Positions 19,778 through 29,419 of a stretch of DNA of 64,000 nt are shown in pieces. The stretch is from Candidatus Binatia bacterium. GTDB lineage: Bacteria > Desulfobacterota > Binatia > Bin18. The stretch is from NCBI GenBank assembly GCA_963664395.2, contig OY761159.2:1824001-1888000 (forward strand). The letters are read 5' to 3'. A model generated the notes under the pieces. That model ran no database searches. It saw nothing but the letters and a program-made list of their open reading frames with translations, and was not told the DNA's origin. The first letter of the stretch is position 1, and each line of letters opens with the position of its first letter. Position numbers and translations under genes: made by a program.

Positions 19778-20632
19778 ATGGAATTCGAAACCTTGGCCAG
19801 CGGCTACGGACTCGTCGAGGGTCCCCGGACCGACGCTCAGAATCGGCTCTATTACAGTGATGTGCGCGGCGGCGGGGTCTTCCGACGCAGCCCCGACGGT
19901 GAGATTGAAGCCTTGCTGCCGGATCGTAAGTTTGTCGGCGGGATCGCCTTAAATGCAGGCGGCGGGATAGTGGTGACCGGGTTGTCTCTGGCCCAGTGGA
20001 ACGAGCAGTCCGGTGAGTTACGGGAGATATTCGCCGAGTGGCAGGGCAAGCCCTTATTTGGCCTGAACGACCTCACCATGGACGACCAAGGCAGTATTTG
20101 GGTTGGCTCGTTTGGTTGCAATATCCATGAATTCGATTTTAAGAGCACACCGCCACCTGGGTCGCTCTTCCGCATTGACCCGCCAGGTCAGATTACGCAC
20201 ATGTGGGAAGGGGTCGAGGTCACAAACGGTCTGGGTTTCAGTCCGGACCGAAAACTCCTGTACCACTGTGATTCAACCACCCGAGCAGTCTGGGCCTATG
20301 AAGTGCGTGCAGACCGCACCGTCAGTGATCGCCGACGCTTTGCCGAACTACCCGAGGGCATGCCCGACGGCATGACCGTTGATATCGAAGGCGGGGTATG
20401 GGTCGCCACGGTGGCCGGACGGGGTGAAATCGTGCGTTTCAAACCGGACGGCACGGTCGATCAACGCATTAAGGTACCGGCCAAAACGGTCACCAGCGTG
20501 GCTTTTGGTGGGCCGGACATGTCGGACCTGTACGTGGTCACCGCCAACAACGATCAACGCGAGCTCAAGGGCAGCGTCTTTCGGGCGCGTTCGGACATCC
20601 CTGGGCTGCCGGTGCCCCAGGCGCGCTTCTAA
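19778..20632 (+). CDS. SMP-30/gluconolactonase/LRE family protein
   Basis: EGP, LND, NGLGFSPD, PDGMTVD.EG, SVAFGG. Confidence 0.9.
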   Translation: MEFETLASGYGLVEGPRTDAQNRLYYSDVRGGGVFRRSPDGEIEALLPDRKFVGGIALNAGGGIVVTGLSLAQWNEQSGELREIFAEWQGKPLFGLNDLTMDDQGSIWVGSFGCNIHEFDFKSTPPPGSLFRIDPPGQITHMWEGVEVTNGLGFSPDRKLLYHCDSTTRAVWAYEVRADRTVSDRRRFAELPEGMPDGMTVDIEGGVWVATVAGRGEIVRFKPDGTVDQRIKVPAKTVTSVAFGGPDMSDLYVVTANNDQRELKGSVFRARSDIPGLPVPQARF

Positions 20633-20642
20633 GGAGGAAGCC

Positions 20643-21311
20643 ATGTTAAAGTTTATGGCTGCTGTTCGGCGTCTGGAGCATGTTTCGCACGACGAGCTGG
20701 TCCACGCCTGGGAACACATTCACGCTCCGCATGTCGTTTCGCTGGTCAAGCCGGAACGCTATCGCATCACCTTCTTTGACCCGCCCTCGGACAACGCCGA
20801 TGCGGACAGCCGTCCACCGGACGGTATGGCCGAGCTGTGGTTTCGGGATCGAGAACATTTTGAGACCACGATCGGACGGCAGGCCCCGCCCAATATCGAC
20901 GCCGACAAATTCAGCACCTATGCCGCCATCCAACCGGGCTGCAATCTGTTTGTGACCGAGCATCTCAACGTTGATGGTCCGACGACGCGCGACACCACCA
21001 AGCTCGTCTTCTTTATCAAGAGACGCCAAGGAATTGAGCGCGCCCACCTGGACGACTACTGGCTGAACGTCCATGTGCCAAACGTTGTTGCGGCCATCAA
21101 TAATACGCCTGACGCGGTGCGTTATTCCGTGGACCTGGTTGACCTGGACGATTCCGAGCGAGAGCGCACCTACGACGGTGTAGCGCAAATCTGCGTCGAT
21201 CATCCCAACGCCACCTTCGCCGACATCCAGGGCTATGAGCCCGACGATTTCGGCGAGCTGGTCGAACCCATGCTGGTATGCAGCGGACACGAGGTGCGTA
21301 TTGTGGGCTGA
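20643..21311 (+). CDS. Tandem EthD-domain protein
   Basis: AGGAGG RBS; two repeats of RR..G....W...H.P and DG(M/V)A(E/Q). Confidence 0.75.
   Translation: MLKFMAAVRRLEHVSHDELVHAWEHIHAPHVVSLVKPERYRITFFDPPSDNADADSRPPDGMAELWFRDREHFETTIGRQAPPNIDADKFSTYAAIQPGCNLFVTEHLNVDGPTTRDTTKLVFFIKRRQGIERAHLDDYWLNVHVPNVVAAINNTPDAVRYSVDLVDLDDSERERTYDGVAQICVDHPNATFADIQGYEPDDFGELVEPMLVCSGHEVRIVG
21249..21311 (+). repeat. Left copy of 63-bp imperfect direct repeat (EthD gene 3' end)
   Basis: 54/63 identical to 26638-26700 by manual alignment. Confidence 0.9.
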
Positions 21312-21314
21312 TTG

Positions 21315-21330
21315 GTGTCGGGAACGACAC
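21315..21330. terminator. Hairpin between convergent genes
   Basis: GTGTCG-GGAA-CGACAC; no U-tract. Confidence 0.35.
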
Positions 21331-21332
21331 GC

Positions 21333-21584
21333 TCAGTTTTCATCCGCGAGAAGCGCCTTGAGTCTCGCTTCCGTCAAGCCGTTCTCGGCTGCTCTCTCGC
21401 CTAAGGTGTCCATCGTCATTGTCAGACGTTCCCAGGTAGCGCCGTGAAGTCGCTCGTAGTGTTGTACCGACATCATTACGCCGACCGCCTTGCCTTTCTT
21501 GGTCACACGCACGGGCGCACTCTGCACGGCATCCAGCAAATAGCCGAAGCGATTCCTGGCATTCCTGGCGGTAATCTCTTTTAT
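21333..21584 (-). pseudogene. Phd/YefM antitoxin, orphan, start codon reads ATA
   Basis: (I)KEITARNARNRFGYLLDAVQSAPVRVTKKGKAVGV; no toxin partner. Confidence 0.75.
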
Positions 21585-21609
21585 AATGGGTTTGTGACAG
21601 AGTCTGTCA

Positions 21610-22809
21610 TCAGGAGTCTTCTAATTGAAGGACGGCTACTTCAGGAATGCGGGGTAACCCCTGACGTTGCAGATACAGGGCAAATCGCTGCTGGATTCTG
21701 GTCAGAAAAGGGTGCAGTAGACGACCGATACGCTTATCCTTTAGAGCCGAATATTTCTCTATGCGGAGTTTTTTGAAGTCGAACCGTATGCTTTTCCTAT
21801 CGTAAATGGAGAATGCGATGCTCTCCCATATTCGCTCGGAAAAGTGCCCGTTTTGTCTTTGATAGCTATCAGAGAGTTGCTTGTCGCTCATCTTTTTTCC
21901 CTCGATGCAATACAATTCCACCTCGTCCGATTCTCCGTCTCTTCTGGGAACGCAGTCGCAGTCCGGTCGGAGATTGAGCAGAAATTTCCCCCGGGGCTGT
22001 CTGAACAAGTCGCCGCACCTGATCTCGTCTTCCGGCAAGTTATTCTGTGCGCGGAAACTGGTTTCGCCGACCAGCGCACGCAAATCCTCCCTGGGAACCT
22101 CAGCATAAGGAGCGGCGAGAATTTCCGTCTCGAACGCGCTCGTCCGCATGCGCCCCCGCAGGCTGTCGTTGATCAGATGCGTGAGGGACGAACTCGGGTC
22201 CACGCTGTCGTCTTTGTACGCTTTCCAGAACACCCTGGGCCAGTCCGAGCTTCTTGCGTACATCGAACCGAACAGCTCTTTCTTAGCGGCATAGAATGCC
22301 TGTTCCCAGGTTTTCAGGGTATACACTGACGCGTTTTTCCTGACCCAGCCTTCGATGGTGCTGGAATTTAGTGAGCCGTCGTCGGACAGGAGGTTGCCCT
22401 TCCGCTGAATGAATACGAAACTCTTCTCCGACGATTCCTCCGGGTAAATGTCCTTAGGCAAATTGCTCTTAATATAATCAGGACTCTCATTGGTGAAAAT
22501 GAAGACCGGCACGAAGTAGTCTTTTGCTTTTTTAAGGAACTGAATGTTTTTCTTGACGCCCGTCCGCTCTAGTTCGGAAGCACCGCGCGGCCATAGCTCC
22601 CAGTCCAGGAGGACGAAACTAGCGGCCTGCAGCAGATTGGGCCAGGTCTTCTCCGGTGGCATCTCTTTAGCCTTGTAGAATGGCAAGTCCCATTCCTGTT
22701 CGACTTGTTCAACGATCTTGACAATTCGATCTTCGGTCCCGTCTCCACCGTCTTCGATTTTGTCGTCAATCACAACGGCGATGCCGGACATCAGGCTTTT
22801 GAGTTCCAT
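21610..22809 (-). CDS. Receiver (REC)-domain protein with uncharacterised C-terminal domain
   Basis: IAVVIDD, FVLLDWEL, PVFIFT; C-terminal RCGDLF...RPDCDC; TAATG overlap with the kinase gene. Confidence 0.75.
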   Translation of the reverse strand: MELKSLMSGIAVVIDDKIEDGGDGTEDRIVKIVEQVEQEWDLPFYKAKEMPPEKTWPNLLQAASFVLLDWELWPRGASELERTGVKKNIQFLKKAKDYFVPVFIFTNESPDYIKSNLPKDIYPEESSEKSFVFIQRKGNLLSDDGSLNSSTIEGWVRKNASVYTLKTWEQAFYAAKKELFGSMYARSSDWPRVFWKAYKDDSVDPSSSLTHLINDSLRGRMRTSAFETEILAAPYAEVPREDLRALVGETSFRAQNNLPEDEIRCGDLFRQPRGKFLLNLRPDCDCVPRRDGESDEVELYCIEGKKMSDKQLSDSYQRQNGHFSERIWESIAFSIYDRKSIRFDFKKLRIEKYSALKDKRIGRLLHPFLTRIQQRFALYLQRQGLPRIPEVAVLQLEDS

Positions 22810-25010
22810 TAAGTATCTTCCTTTACAAAGCTAACGACGAAGTTAGCACCAGGCAGAAATTGCTGATGAGCCTCAGCGGCAGCGATACGGTAGTCGTGCC
22901 GCTCCAATAGCTGGCGGGCGATGTACAGACCTAGACCTCGCCCTTCCTGTCCTTTCCCGGAGTAGAACGGCTCGAATATATGTGGCAGATCTTCCGGATC
23001 GATGCCGGGACCGTTATCCGAAAAAATCAACTCTCCTTGGTCTCCGTCGATGGTAACGCGGATTTCCCGCTCAGCGGAGTTAAGGGTGTCCAGCCAATAA
23101 GAGGCGTTGTCAAATAGGTTGATCAAGACCTGCATGACCACCCCGTCCGTGGTGCTGGCCACCAGTGGTGAACCGCCTACTTTGACCTTTTGATAGTGGA
23201 TATCTCTTTGTTCAAGCAGGCTCTTGTAAATTTGGTATATCTTGTCCAATACCGGCTCGACTTTAAGGACCTTCCGCCTTTGCCGCGACGACTTGAACAG
23301 ACTCTGCACGTCCCGCATCCCGTCTGCGATCTGCTGCAACACCCCGACCAGCATGTCCGCCTGCTCCTGGATTTCGTCGTCGCCCACCGTCCGCGATGTC
23401 CGGGCGAGCCGCTTGCCTATGTCCTGAGCACGATTCATCAGGAGCATGATGTCGTGGGAAGCCATTTCCACGGACAGGCCGACACCGGCCAAGTCCTCGG
23501 TCATCTCGGCGCGTCGCGATAGATACTCTTTCTCCCGCTCATACTCCGCTTTGATCCTCGCAACCTTACGAACCTGGGATTTGTGCCCCGCCCTCTCAAG
23601 TCCCTCCTTCAGGTCCACCAAATTCTGAGCGACCACCCCCTCGCGTACAAACCGGGCGGTGTTGCGCTGTATCTGTTTCTGCTGATAGCGCGCGAACGGA
23701 TGCTGCTTAATATAGGATAAGAAAGCCTGGACCAAGAAAATGAAATCACCCGCTGCACCGCCAATCTCGATTAAGCCCTCCCGGCTAGTCTTATCCCGCA
23801 GTTCAGGATTACCTTCCTGGGTAATGTCGACCCAGCCGATGATCTGATCGTTGCTGAAAAAATCGCCCGCTCGCCCGGTGCCACGAGTTACATCGATGTT
23901 CAGCCAGTCGTCATCTGGATCGCCGTACGGATACACCCTCACACCGTCTCGGTACAGATAGATCCGATGGTCCTTGAGCAGGTCCTTTTCATCTTGGCGC
24001 AACGCATACCGGCCATCGATACCGCGTGAAAAATCGAAAATGTAGAATTGGAATGCAAAATCCCCGCATTTGTATTTTTGGGCTGCTGCTATACGGACGC
24101 CAGCTTTGCCGAAGCGCTGCCGCCATATCCATAGGCCCTTGATTTTTGCGTCCTCCAAGCCGATTTTCTCGTTGTCTGCGTTGGTCTTGAATAAGAACGC
24201 GTTTTCCTCGGACTGAAAGCGACCCTGGATGTTCAGCACCGACTTGTCTTCGATTAGAGCCTTCAGCGTCTCCGTACTGTCGGATTCGACTGACCGGCGC
24301 TCACCGTTGCAGAAAATAGCGACCTCGAAGCGGTCGGCGGCCTTGCGGTGCGTAATCCGTGAGACAGGGTCTGTCAAATTCGAGACATCCCGGCACAGTT
24401 GCTTAATGATACTGTTGTTCCAGACGCCCTTCAGGTTCTGAATTTCGATAACAGTACCGTGCTTTACGCCCGGCAATTTTTCGGGTTTGGACTGCGAACA
24501 ATCGATTTTTATCTCATCCAGGAAAATTTCTTTCTCTTTGCCGTTCTCCAACACAAAATCGTCGTCGAACCGGGAAAAGTCGTAAGCCAGCACGGTCTCA
24601 AAGTCCACTCTACGCGGGCGCGTTGTGACCGTGATCACTCTGCCCAGTTTCAGGACTGCAAAGCGTCCAATACCCTTTTCGCCTTGGATTACTCGCTTCT
24701 TACCAGGCGTTTTTGCCTTTCCCTGCTGCTTGTCGAGATATTTTTGCGGCGCGGCAGGATTCATCCACTGGGTCCGCACGGTCTCGGGCGTCATCCCGGT
24801 GCCGTTATCCCGCACCACGATGCGTGAATACCCCTCGTGCGACATGTCCTCGTTGAAATCTTCGAACAACACCTTGACCCGGCTGGCGTCCGCGTCGTAG
24901 GCATTCTTTATCAGTTCGACCAGCGCGATCCTCTCATTCTTGATTAACTGGTCGCCCAGCATGGTCAGCAGCCGGGCGTAAGGGCGAATCGACAGCGCTT
25001 CGGGCTTCAT
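22809..25010 (-). CDS. GHKL (MutL/MORC-like) ATPase fused to a histidine kinase
   Basis: N-terminal ELIKNAYDADA, DNGTGM, GEKGIGRFA; C-terminal ASHDI, NLFDNA, DNGPGI, FEPFYS, GRGLGL. Confidence 0.87.
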   Translation of the reverse strand: MKPEALSIRPYARLLTMLGDQLIKNERIALVELIKNAYDADASRVKVLFEDFNEDMSHEGYSRIVVRDNGTGMTPETVRTQWMNPAAPQKYLDKQQGKAKTPGKKRVIQGEKGIGRFAVLKLGRVITVTTRPRRVDFETVLAYDFSRFDDDFVLENGKEKEIFLDEIKIDCSQSKPEKLPGVKHGTVIEIQNLKGVWNNSIIKQLCRDVSNLTDPVSRITHRKAADRFEVAIFCNGERRSVESDSTETLKALIEDKSVLNIQGRFQSEENAFLFKTNADNEKIGLEDAKIKGLWIWRQRFGKAGVRIAAAQKYKCGDFAFQFYIFDFSRGIDGRYALRQDEKDLLKDHRIYLYRDGVRVYPYGDPDDDWLNIDVTRGTGRAGDFFSNDQIIGWVDITQEGNPELRDKTSREGLIEIGGAAGDFIFLVQAFLSYIKQHPFARYQQKQIQRNTARFVREGVVAQNLVDLKEGLERAGHKSQVRKVARIKAEYEREKEYLSRRAEMTEDLAGVGLSVEMASHDIMLLMNRAQDIGKRLARTSRTVGDDEIQEQADMLVGVLQQIADGMRDVQSLFKSSRQRRKVLKVEPVLDKIYQIYKSLLEQRDIHYQKVKVGGSPLVASTTDGVVMQVLINLFDNASYWLDTLNSAEREIRVTIDGDQGELIFSDNGPGIDPEDLPHIFEPFYSGKGQEGRGLGLYIARQLLERHDYRIAAAEAHQQFLPGANFVVSFVKEDT

Positions 25011-26251
25011 CGCTTTCTCCCGATGACGACGAATTCTTCACCGTACACCTGACGCTGCGTCGAATCCCGAGTGAACCGACCCCGGGCATCCCGGTATGGA
25101 GTCATGATCTTCAACGAAATTTTGCGTGGGATAGTTTTTACGCCGAGAAAATCCGCGCGCTCCATGCAGTCCACCAAATGTTTAGCATTGTCGATCTTGA
25201 CGTTTTTGTACTGCGTGTTCCCGATCACGAAAACCGCCATCCCGCCGTCATTCAGCATACGCTCGCACTTGGCAACCGCTTTGTCCATGTCGAGAAAGTA
25301 GCGCGCCACTGAATGCGCCTTTCGTCGGTCTTCGTGCAGCAGGCCACGATAGGTTTCCTCAGCGGCCGCTCCGAGACCTTCAACCGCGGCGGGTTTGGGC
25401 GGTTCCACACCATACTGGTTGCCGAGCATATTTTTCCGTAGCACGCGATAGTCGGATGCATAGCGCAGCCACAGTGTCGAAAGCTGATGGATACTCGCAT
25501 AGTCGTATGAAGTGACGTACGGCGGGCTGGTGACGATCAGATCGGCCCTCCAGTCCGGCTCCGTAGACGCCAGAAAATTCTGCGTCCGGATGCGGACTCG
25601 CGGGCTGGGGGTCGGGAAACAGTTCTGCTGGTTTGCGTTTCGCATTAAGACGAACTGCTCCTCGAACGCCTCCATAACTCGGCTCGGTGACTTATGCGGA
25701 TCGAGTTGCGCCTTGATGGACTTCGTCAGCCATCGGGAGGTCGGCTTCAGGATATTCGAGAACCCACAGAGAAAAAATTTCCGGTACGCACTGCGGGCTG
25801 GAGTCTGCTGTCGGATCGCTTGGTCGAGCCGGATCAAGTCTTCGATGTTGCGTTCCTCGAACCAGTACCGCATCCGGTCGCTAATTCGTACATGTTCCTC
25901 CTGGGTGGGCTCTACGCGGCGAAATTCGTCCTTGATGGCGTCAAAGTGCCGCGCCAGAACTGCGTCCTGGTAGTGATGGGTTTTCACCTGCGCGATCAGC
26001 ACAGCGACGGGGTTGATGTCGCACCCCCAGAATTTTTTTCCGTTCCTTTTCGCTTCTACCGCAGTGGTGCCACATCCACAGAAAACGTCTGCAACGACTC
26101 TCACGTTCACGCCTTGCTGTTCGGCGTACCGCAGGGCCTTGGTAGTGATAAAAGCGGGAAATTTTGCAGGATAGCTGTGAATCCTGTGGATCGGATCCTC
26201 TCTATCTTCTCCAAAATTCCAGTATGAGGTTGAATTGTCGGAACTACTCAT
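25007..26251 (-). CDS. DNA methyltransferase, probably N4-cytosine, alpha motif order
   Basis: IHSYPAKF, DVFCGCGTT (motif I) precedes TSPPY (motif IV); ATGA overlap with the downstream gene. Confidence 0.88.
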   Translation of the reverse strand: MSSSDNSTSYWNFGEDREDPIHRIHSYPAKFPAFITTKALRYAEQQGVNVRVVADVFCGCGTTAVEAKRNGKKFWGCDINPVAVLIAQVKTHHYQDAVLARHFDAIKDEFRRVEPTQEEHVRISDRMRYWFEERNIEDLIRLDQAIRQQTPARSAYRKFFLCGFSNILKPTSRWLTKSIKAQLDPHKSPSRVMEAFEEQFVLMRNANQQNCFPTPSPRVRIRTQNFLASTEPDWRADLIVTSPPYVTSYDYASIHQLSTLWLRYASDYRVLRKNMLGNQYGVEPPKPAAVEGLGAAAEETYRGLLHEDRRKAHSVARYFLDMDKAVAKCERMLNDGGMAVFVIGNTQYKNVKIDNAKHLVDCMERADFLGVKTIPRKISLKIMTPYRDARGRFTRDSTQRQVYGEEFVVIGRKR

Positions 26252-26288
26252 GACCCCCACCGCCCACTGTTCTCACCGGATAAAGTCC

Positions 26289-26471
26289 TTAGGCAGCACA
26301 TAGAGAGTAGCAACCGACCAAAGGACGGCACGGGGCGATTCCACTCATCGACTCCAAGGATGACAGCCCGGGTTTGCCGTAGCGGGTGATGATCACCGTC
26401 TCTCCATGCGCCGCGCCTTCTACCAGGGCTGACAGCCTAGCCTTTGCGTCGCGTAATTGAACCTCGTACAT
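26289..26471 (-). pseudogene. Frameshifted Phd/YefM antitoxin
   Basis: MYEVQLRDAKARLSALVEGAAHGETVIITRYGKP; the continuation AVILGVDEWNR.VPSFGRLL lies in another frame. Confidence 0.75.
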
Positions 26472-26637
26472 GATGTCCCTCAAGATGAACGTTACAATAA
26501 ACCGTGGCGCATTGTGGGACAACGGTCTTGTACGATCGCGACCGTACAGAGGTCACGGTTGCCGGAGCGATGGTTCACGGCGCAGCAACCCATCCATTTA
26601 GATGGCCCTGCCTGCTGTCAGGGTTGGGCCGGGCGGT

Positions 26638-26700
26638 TTTGGCGAGTTGGTCGAACCCATGCTGGTAATCAGTGGGCATGAGGTTCATATTGTGGGCTGA
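26638..26700 (+). repeat. Right copy of EthD 3'-end direct repeat (gene remnant)
   Basis: Encodes FGELVEPMLVISGHEVHIVG* versus FGELVEPMLVCSGHEVRIVG*. Confidence 0.9.
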
Positions 26701-26736
26701 TATAGGGGAGGCGGAGAAACCCATAGGGAAATCTAC

Positions 26737-27945
26737 ATGAGGCAGAGCACAGGCAAACATTCTGGCGTATTTCTCTGCCTCCTCCTCTCCCATCTCCTGC
26801 TTGCTCCTTCGCTCTCTTCCGCGCAGGACACAGACGATCAGACACGCGGGCTGCAACGTGACGGGTGGCAGGGAACGCGGCCAGCGCCGCAACAAACTCC
26901 CCGGCCCTCTTCCCCGCAACGCTATGCCCCCGTCCAGCCCCAAGTCCTGGAACTGCCGCCGGTCTCGCAACCGTCTATGCAGGCCCTTCCGCGTCAACAG
27001 GGTATTCCGCCTACGCATCTACAAAAACGGACTCCAAGACCAATCCAACTTCTCACTGTCACGGTGACTGATCAGAACGGTCAATATATTAACGGTCTGA
27101 CTCCCGAGGATTTTATCATCTACGAAGGGGGCCAGTCTCAGCTCATTACCTATTTTAATACCGGCCAACAGGAGCCGGTCAGTCTGGGTCTCCTGGTTGA
27201 CATGAGTGAAAGCATGTACGGCAAACGGCGCCGGGCCGTCCTTGCCCTGCGGAGTTTTGCGCAATCGATTAAACCCGGCGATGAGGTTTTTCTTCTTGGG
27301 TTTAATCACCAGCTCACGCTCTTGCAGGACTTTACCGATAGCCCCAGCCTGTTGACGCAGGCTACGTCCGGTCTCCAGCCTAGCGGCGATACGGCCCTGT
27401 ACGACGCCGTGTTGGGCGGTCTGCAACGCATCCAACACGGCCAACGTCAGAAGAAAGCCCTCATCCTCATGAGTGATGGCCTGGATACCTCAAGCACGGC
27501 CTCACGCGAAGACGCTTTTCGGGCGGCGCGGGAAGCCAACATTCTCATATACACCATCGGTATCGGTAATCTCAGCCAGGGTGTACGAAGCCAGCGGATG
27601 CCCATGTGGGGGTTGGGCGGCGGGATGGGACGAATGGGCGGGATGGGCGGTCCCTTCATGCCCAGTCGGGGCCAGCCTAATTTTGGCTCGGTGGATGTTG
27701 ACCTGCTGCAATCGCTGAGTGACACGACCGGCGCCCAACATTTTTTTCTGAGTACGAAAGATATCCTGGGGAGCCACACTGTACTCGAACAAGCAACCCA
27801 GACCATTGCCCACGAACTTCGCCAGCAATACAGCATCGGCTACCTCTCACCCCTCAAGGGAGATGTCTACCGCGACGTTCAAGTCGAGACACGACATCCA
27901 CAACATCAAGGACTCATCGTGCGGACGCATAAGGGGACGGGGTAG
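26737..27945 (+). CDS. Secreted VWA-domain protein (VWFA-related acidobacterial type)
   Basis: Signal peptide, P/Q-rich linker, VTVTD..G..I.GL..EDF, MIDAS DMSES, GDTALYDA, SDG.D, ELRQQYSIGY. Confidence 0.85.
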   Translation: MRQSTGKHSGVFLCLLLSHLLLAPSLSSAQDTDDQTRGLQRDGWQGTRPAPQQTPRPSSPQRYAPVQPQVLELPPVSQPSMQALPRQQGIPPTHLQKRTPRPIQLLTVTVTDQNGQYINGLTPEDFIIYEGGQSQLITYFNTGQQEPVSLGLLVDMSESMYGKRRRAVLALRSFAQSIKPGDEVFLLGFNHQLTLLQDFTDSPSLLTQATSGLQPSGDTALYDAVLGGLQRIQHGQRQKKALILMSDGLDTSSTASREDAFRAAREANILIYTIGIGNLSQGVRSQRMPMWGLGGGMGRMGGMGGPFMPSRGQPNFGSVDVDLLQSLSDTTGAQHFFLSTKDILGSHTVLEQATQTIAHELRQQYSIGYLSPLKGDVYRDVQVETRHPQHQGLIVRTHKGTG

Positions 27946-28015
27946 CCCTCGCTTCCCCTTGCCTCATCCGCCTGTCTCTTGTACTTCTGGTGTTCTCACA
28001 TAAGGAGGACAGACT

Positions 28016-29365
28016 ATGCATTTCATGTGGTTCACAGAACGCGCCTATCACTACGACCCGGAAGAACATCCGGAGCAATACCGCGATCTCGAAAACGAGA
28101 TTATTCGCAAACGTAGCTTTTTCGGGACGCCGAACCGCTATTTTAATCGCCAGCATGGCGCGCGGCTGCTCAATCAATATCTCGACGAGAAGATCTACAC
28201 CGACCAGGAGCTGATGAACTTTGACGGTATTATGCTCAACGAGCACCATGCCAATCCGTTCTGCCTGGGCGCGGTCATGGATGTCGAAGCCTCGGTATTA
28301 GCCAAGACGACCAGCCGGGTCAAAATGGCCCTGCTGGGCAATCCGGTTCCGACCGTCTCGAATGCGCTCCGGCTGGCCGAAGAGCTGGCCATGATCGACC
28401 TGATTTCAAACGGTCGCTTGACCACTGGCTGGGTACGCGGCGCCGGCAGCGAGCAACTCGCCAACAATACCAACCCGGCCTATAACCGTGAATACTTTGA
28501 AGAGGGCATCGACTTTATCGTCCAGGCGTGGACCAAGCCGGGCCCGTTTCGGTATGAAGGCAAACACTTCCACTTCCGGCACGTCAATCCCTGGGTGCTG
28601 CCCGTCCAAGAGCCGCATCCTCCCTTCTGGATTCCCGGTCTCATCAGCCCCGAGACGGTTGCGTGGTGCGCCAAGAACCGCTACCCCTACGTGGCCCTGG
28701 CTACCCGACTCGAACCGACCTTGGAACTGTGGGATTTCTACAATACAGCCGCAGCCCGTGAGGGCTATCAGGCCGGGCCGGAGAATTTTGGCTATCTGCA
28801 ACCCGTCATGGTCGCGGATACGCAAGAGCGCGCGGAAGAAATGGGCAAGCGCATTCTGTACGGCGGCGCCTTTGCGCATTTCGCCCGGCCCGAATGGATG
28901 TTTCCGCCGGGCTATAACTCGAAAGCGGCGACCCGCCGGCTGGCCCGGACGAACTTCGGCGTCAATGCCTCTGCCGGGCCTCTGTACGGTGAGGGTGGAG
29001 AAACGACGGTCGAAGAGATCGAAGCCGTCAAAAAGACCATTTATGATAGCTATCCCGGTGTCCTCAAAGATATGGTCATGATCGCGGGTACGCCGGACAA
29101 CGTGATTCCGAAGCTCAAGAAAATCCAGGATATCCTGCGTCCGGGCATCTTCTCCTTCTGGCTGGACGGCCCGGTCCCGGCCAAGGACCGGATGCGCTGT
29201 CTGGAACTGCTCAACCGCGACGTCATTCCGGCCATGCGCGAGCACGGCAAAACGCTGGGTCTGGTTGACCCGTTTGAGCAAAAACCCGGCTCACGGCCCC
29301 TGACCAACGGCAAGCCCGAACCCGTCAGTGACCCGCAGATACTCGCGGAACTCATGGCTGCCTAG
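28016..29365 (+). CDS. LLM-class flavin-dependent oxidoreductase
   Basis: LNEHH, RLAEELAMID.ISNGRL, EGKHF, P.QEPHPP.W, AGTPD.V. Confidence 0.88.
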   Translation: MHFMWFTERAYHYDPEEHPEQYRDLENEIIRKRSFFGTPNRYFNRQHGARLLNQYLDEKIYTDQELMNFDGIMLNEHHANPFCLGAVMDVEASVLAKTTSRVKMALLGNPVPTVSNALRLAEELAMIDLISNGRLTTGWVRGAGSEQLANNTNPAYNREYFEEGIDFIVQAWTKPGPFRYEGKHFHFRHVNPWVLPVQEPHPPFWIPGLISPETVAWCAKNRYPYVALATRLEPTLELWDFYNTAAAREGYQAGPENFGYLQPVMVADTQERAEEMGKRILYGGAFAHFARPEWMFPPGYNSKAATRRLARTNFGVNASAGPLYGEGGETTVEEIEAVKKTIYDSYPGVLKDMVMIAGTPDNVIPKLKKIQDILRPGIFSFWLDGPVPAKDRMRCLELLNRDVIPAMREHGKTLGLVDPFEQKPGSRPLTNGKPEPVSDPQILAELMAA

Positions 29366-29419
29366 TCCGGCGGCCTGTTCTGGGAACGTCCGCAGACCAT
29401 ATGCAGGGGGAGGTTAGGC

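Noticed and set aside
20379-20642. Upstream ORF extensions of EthD (likewise CA 55425-55655, SDR 17317-17469, DUF4326 32823-33071)
   Set aside because: They overlap neighbouring genes or promoters, and better starts lie downstream
21312-26637. Prophage, ICE or integron interpretation of the islands
   Set aside because: No integrase, structural or conjugation genes and no recognisable attC sites
27598-27660. Gly/Met-rich low-complexity stretch in the VWA gene
   Set aside because: Ordinary flexible insertion typical of this family; not a DNA repeat array
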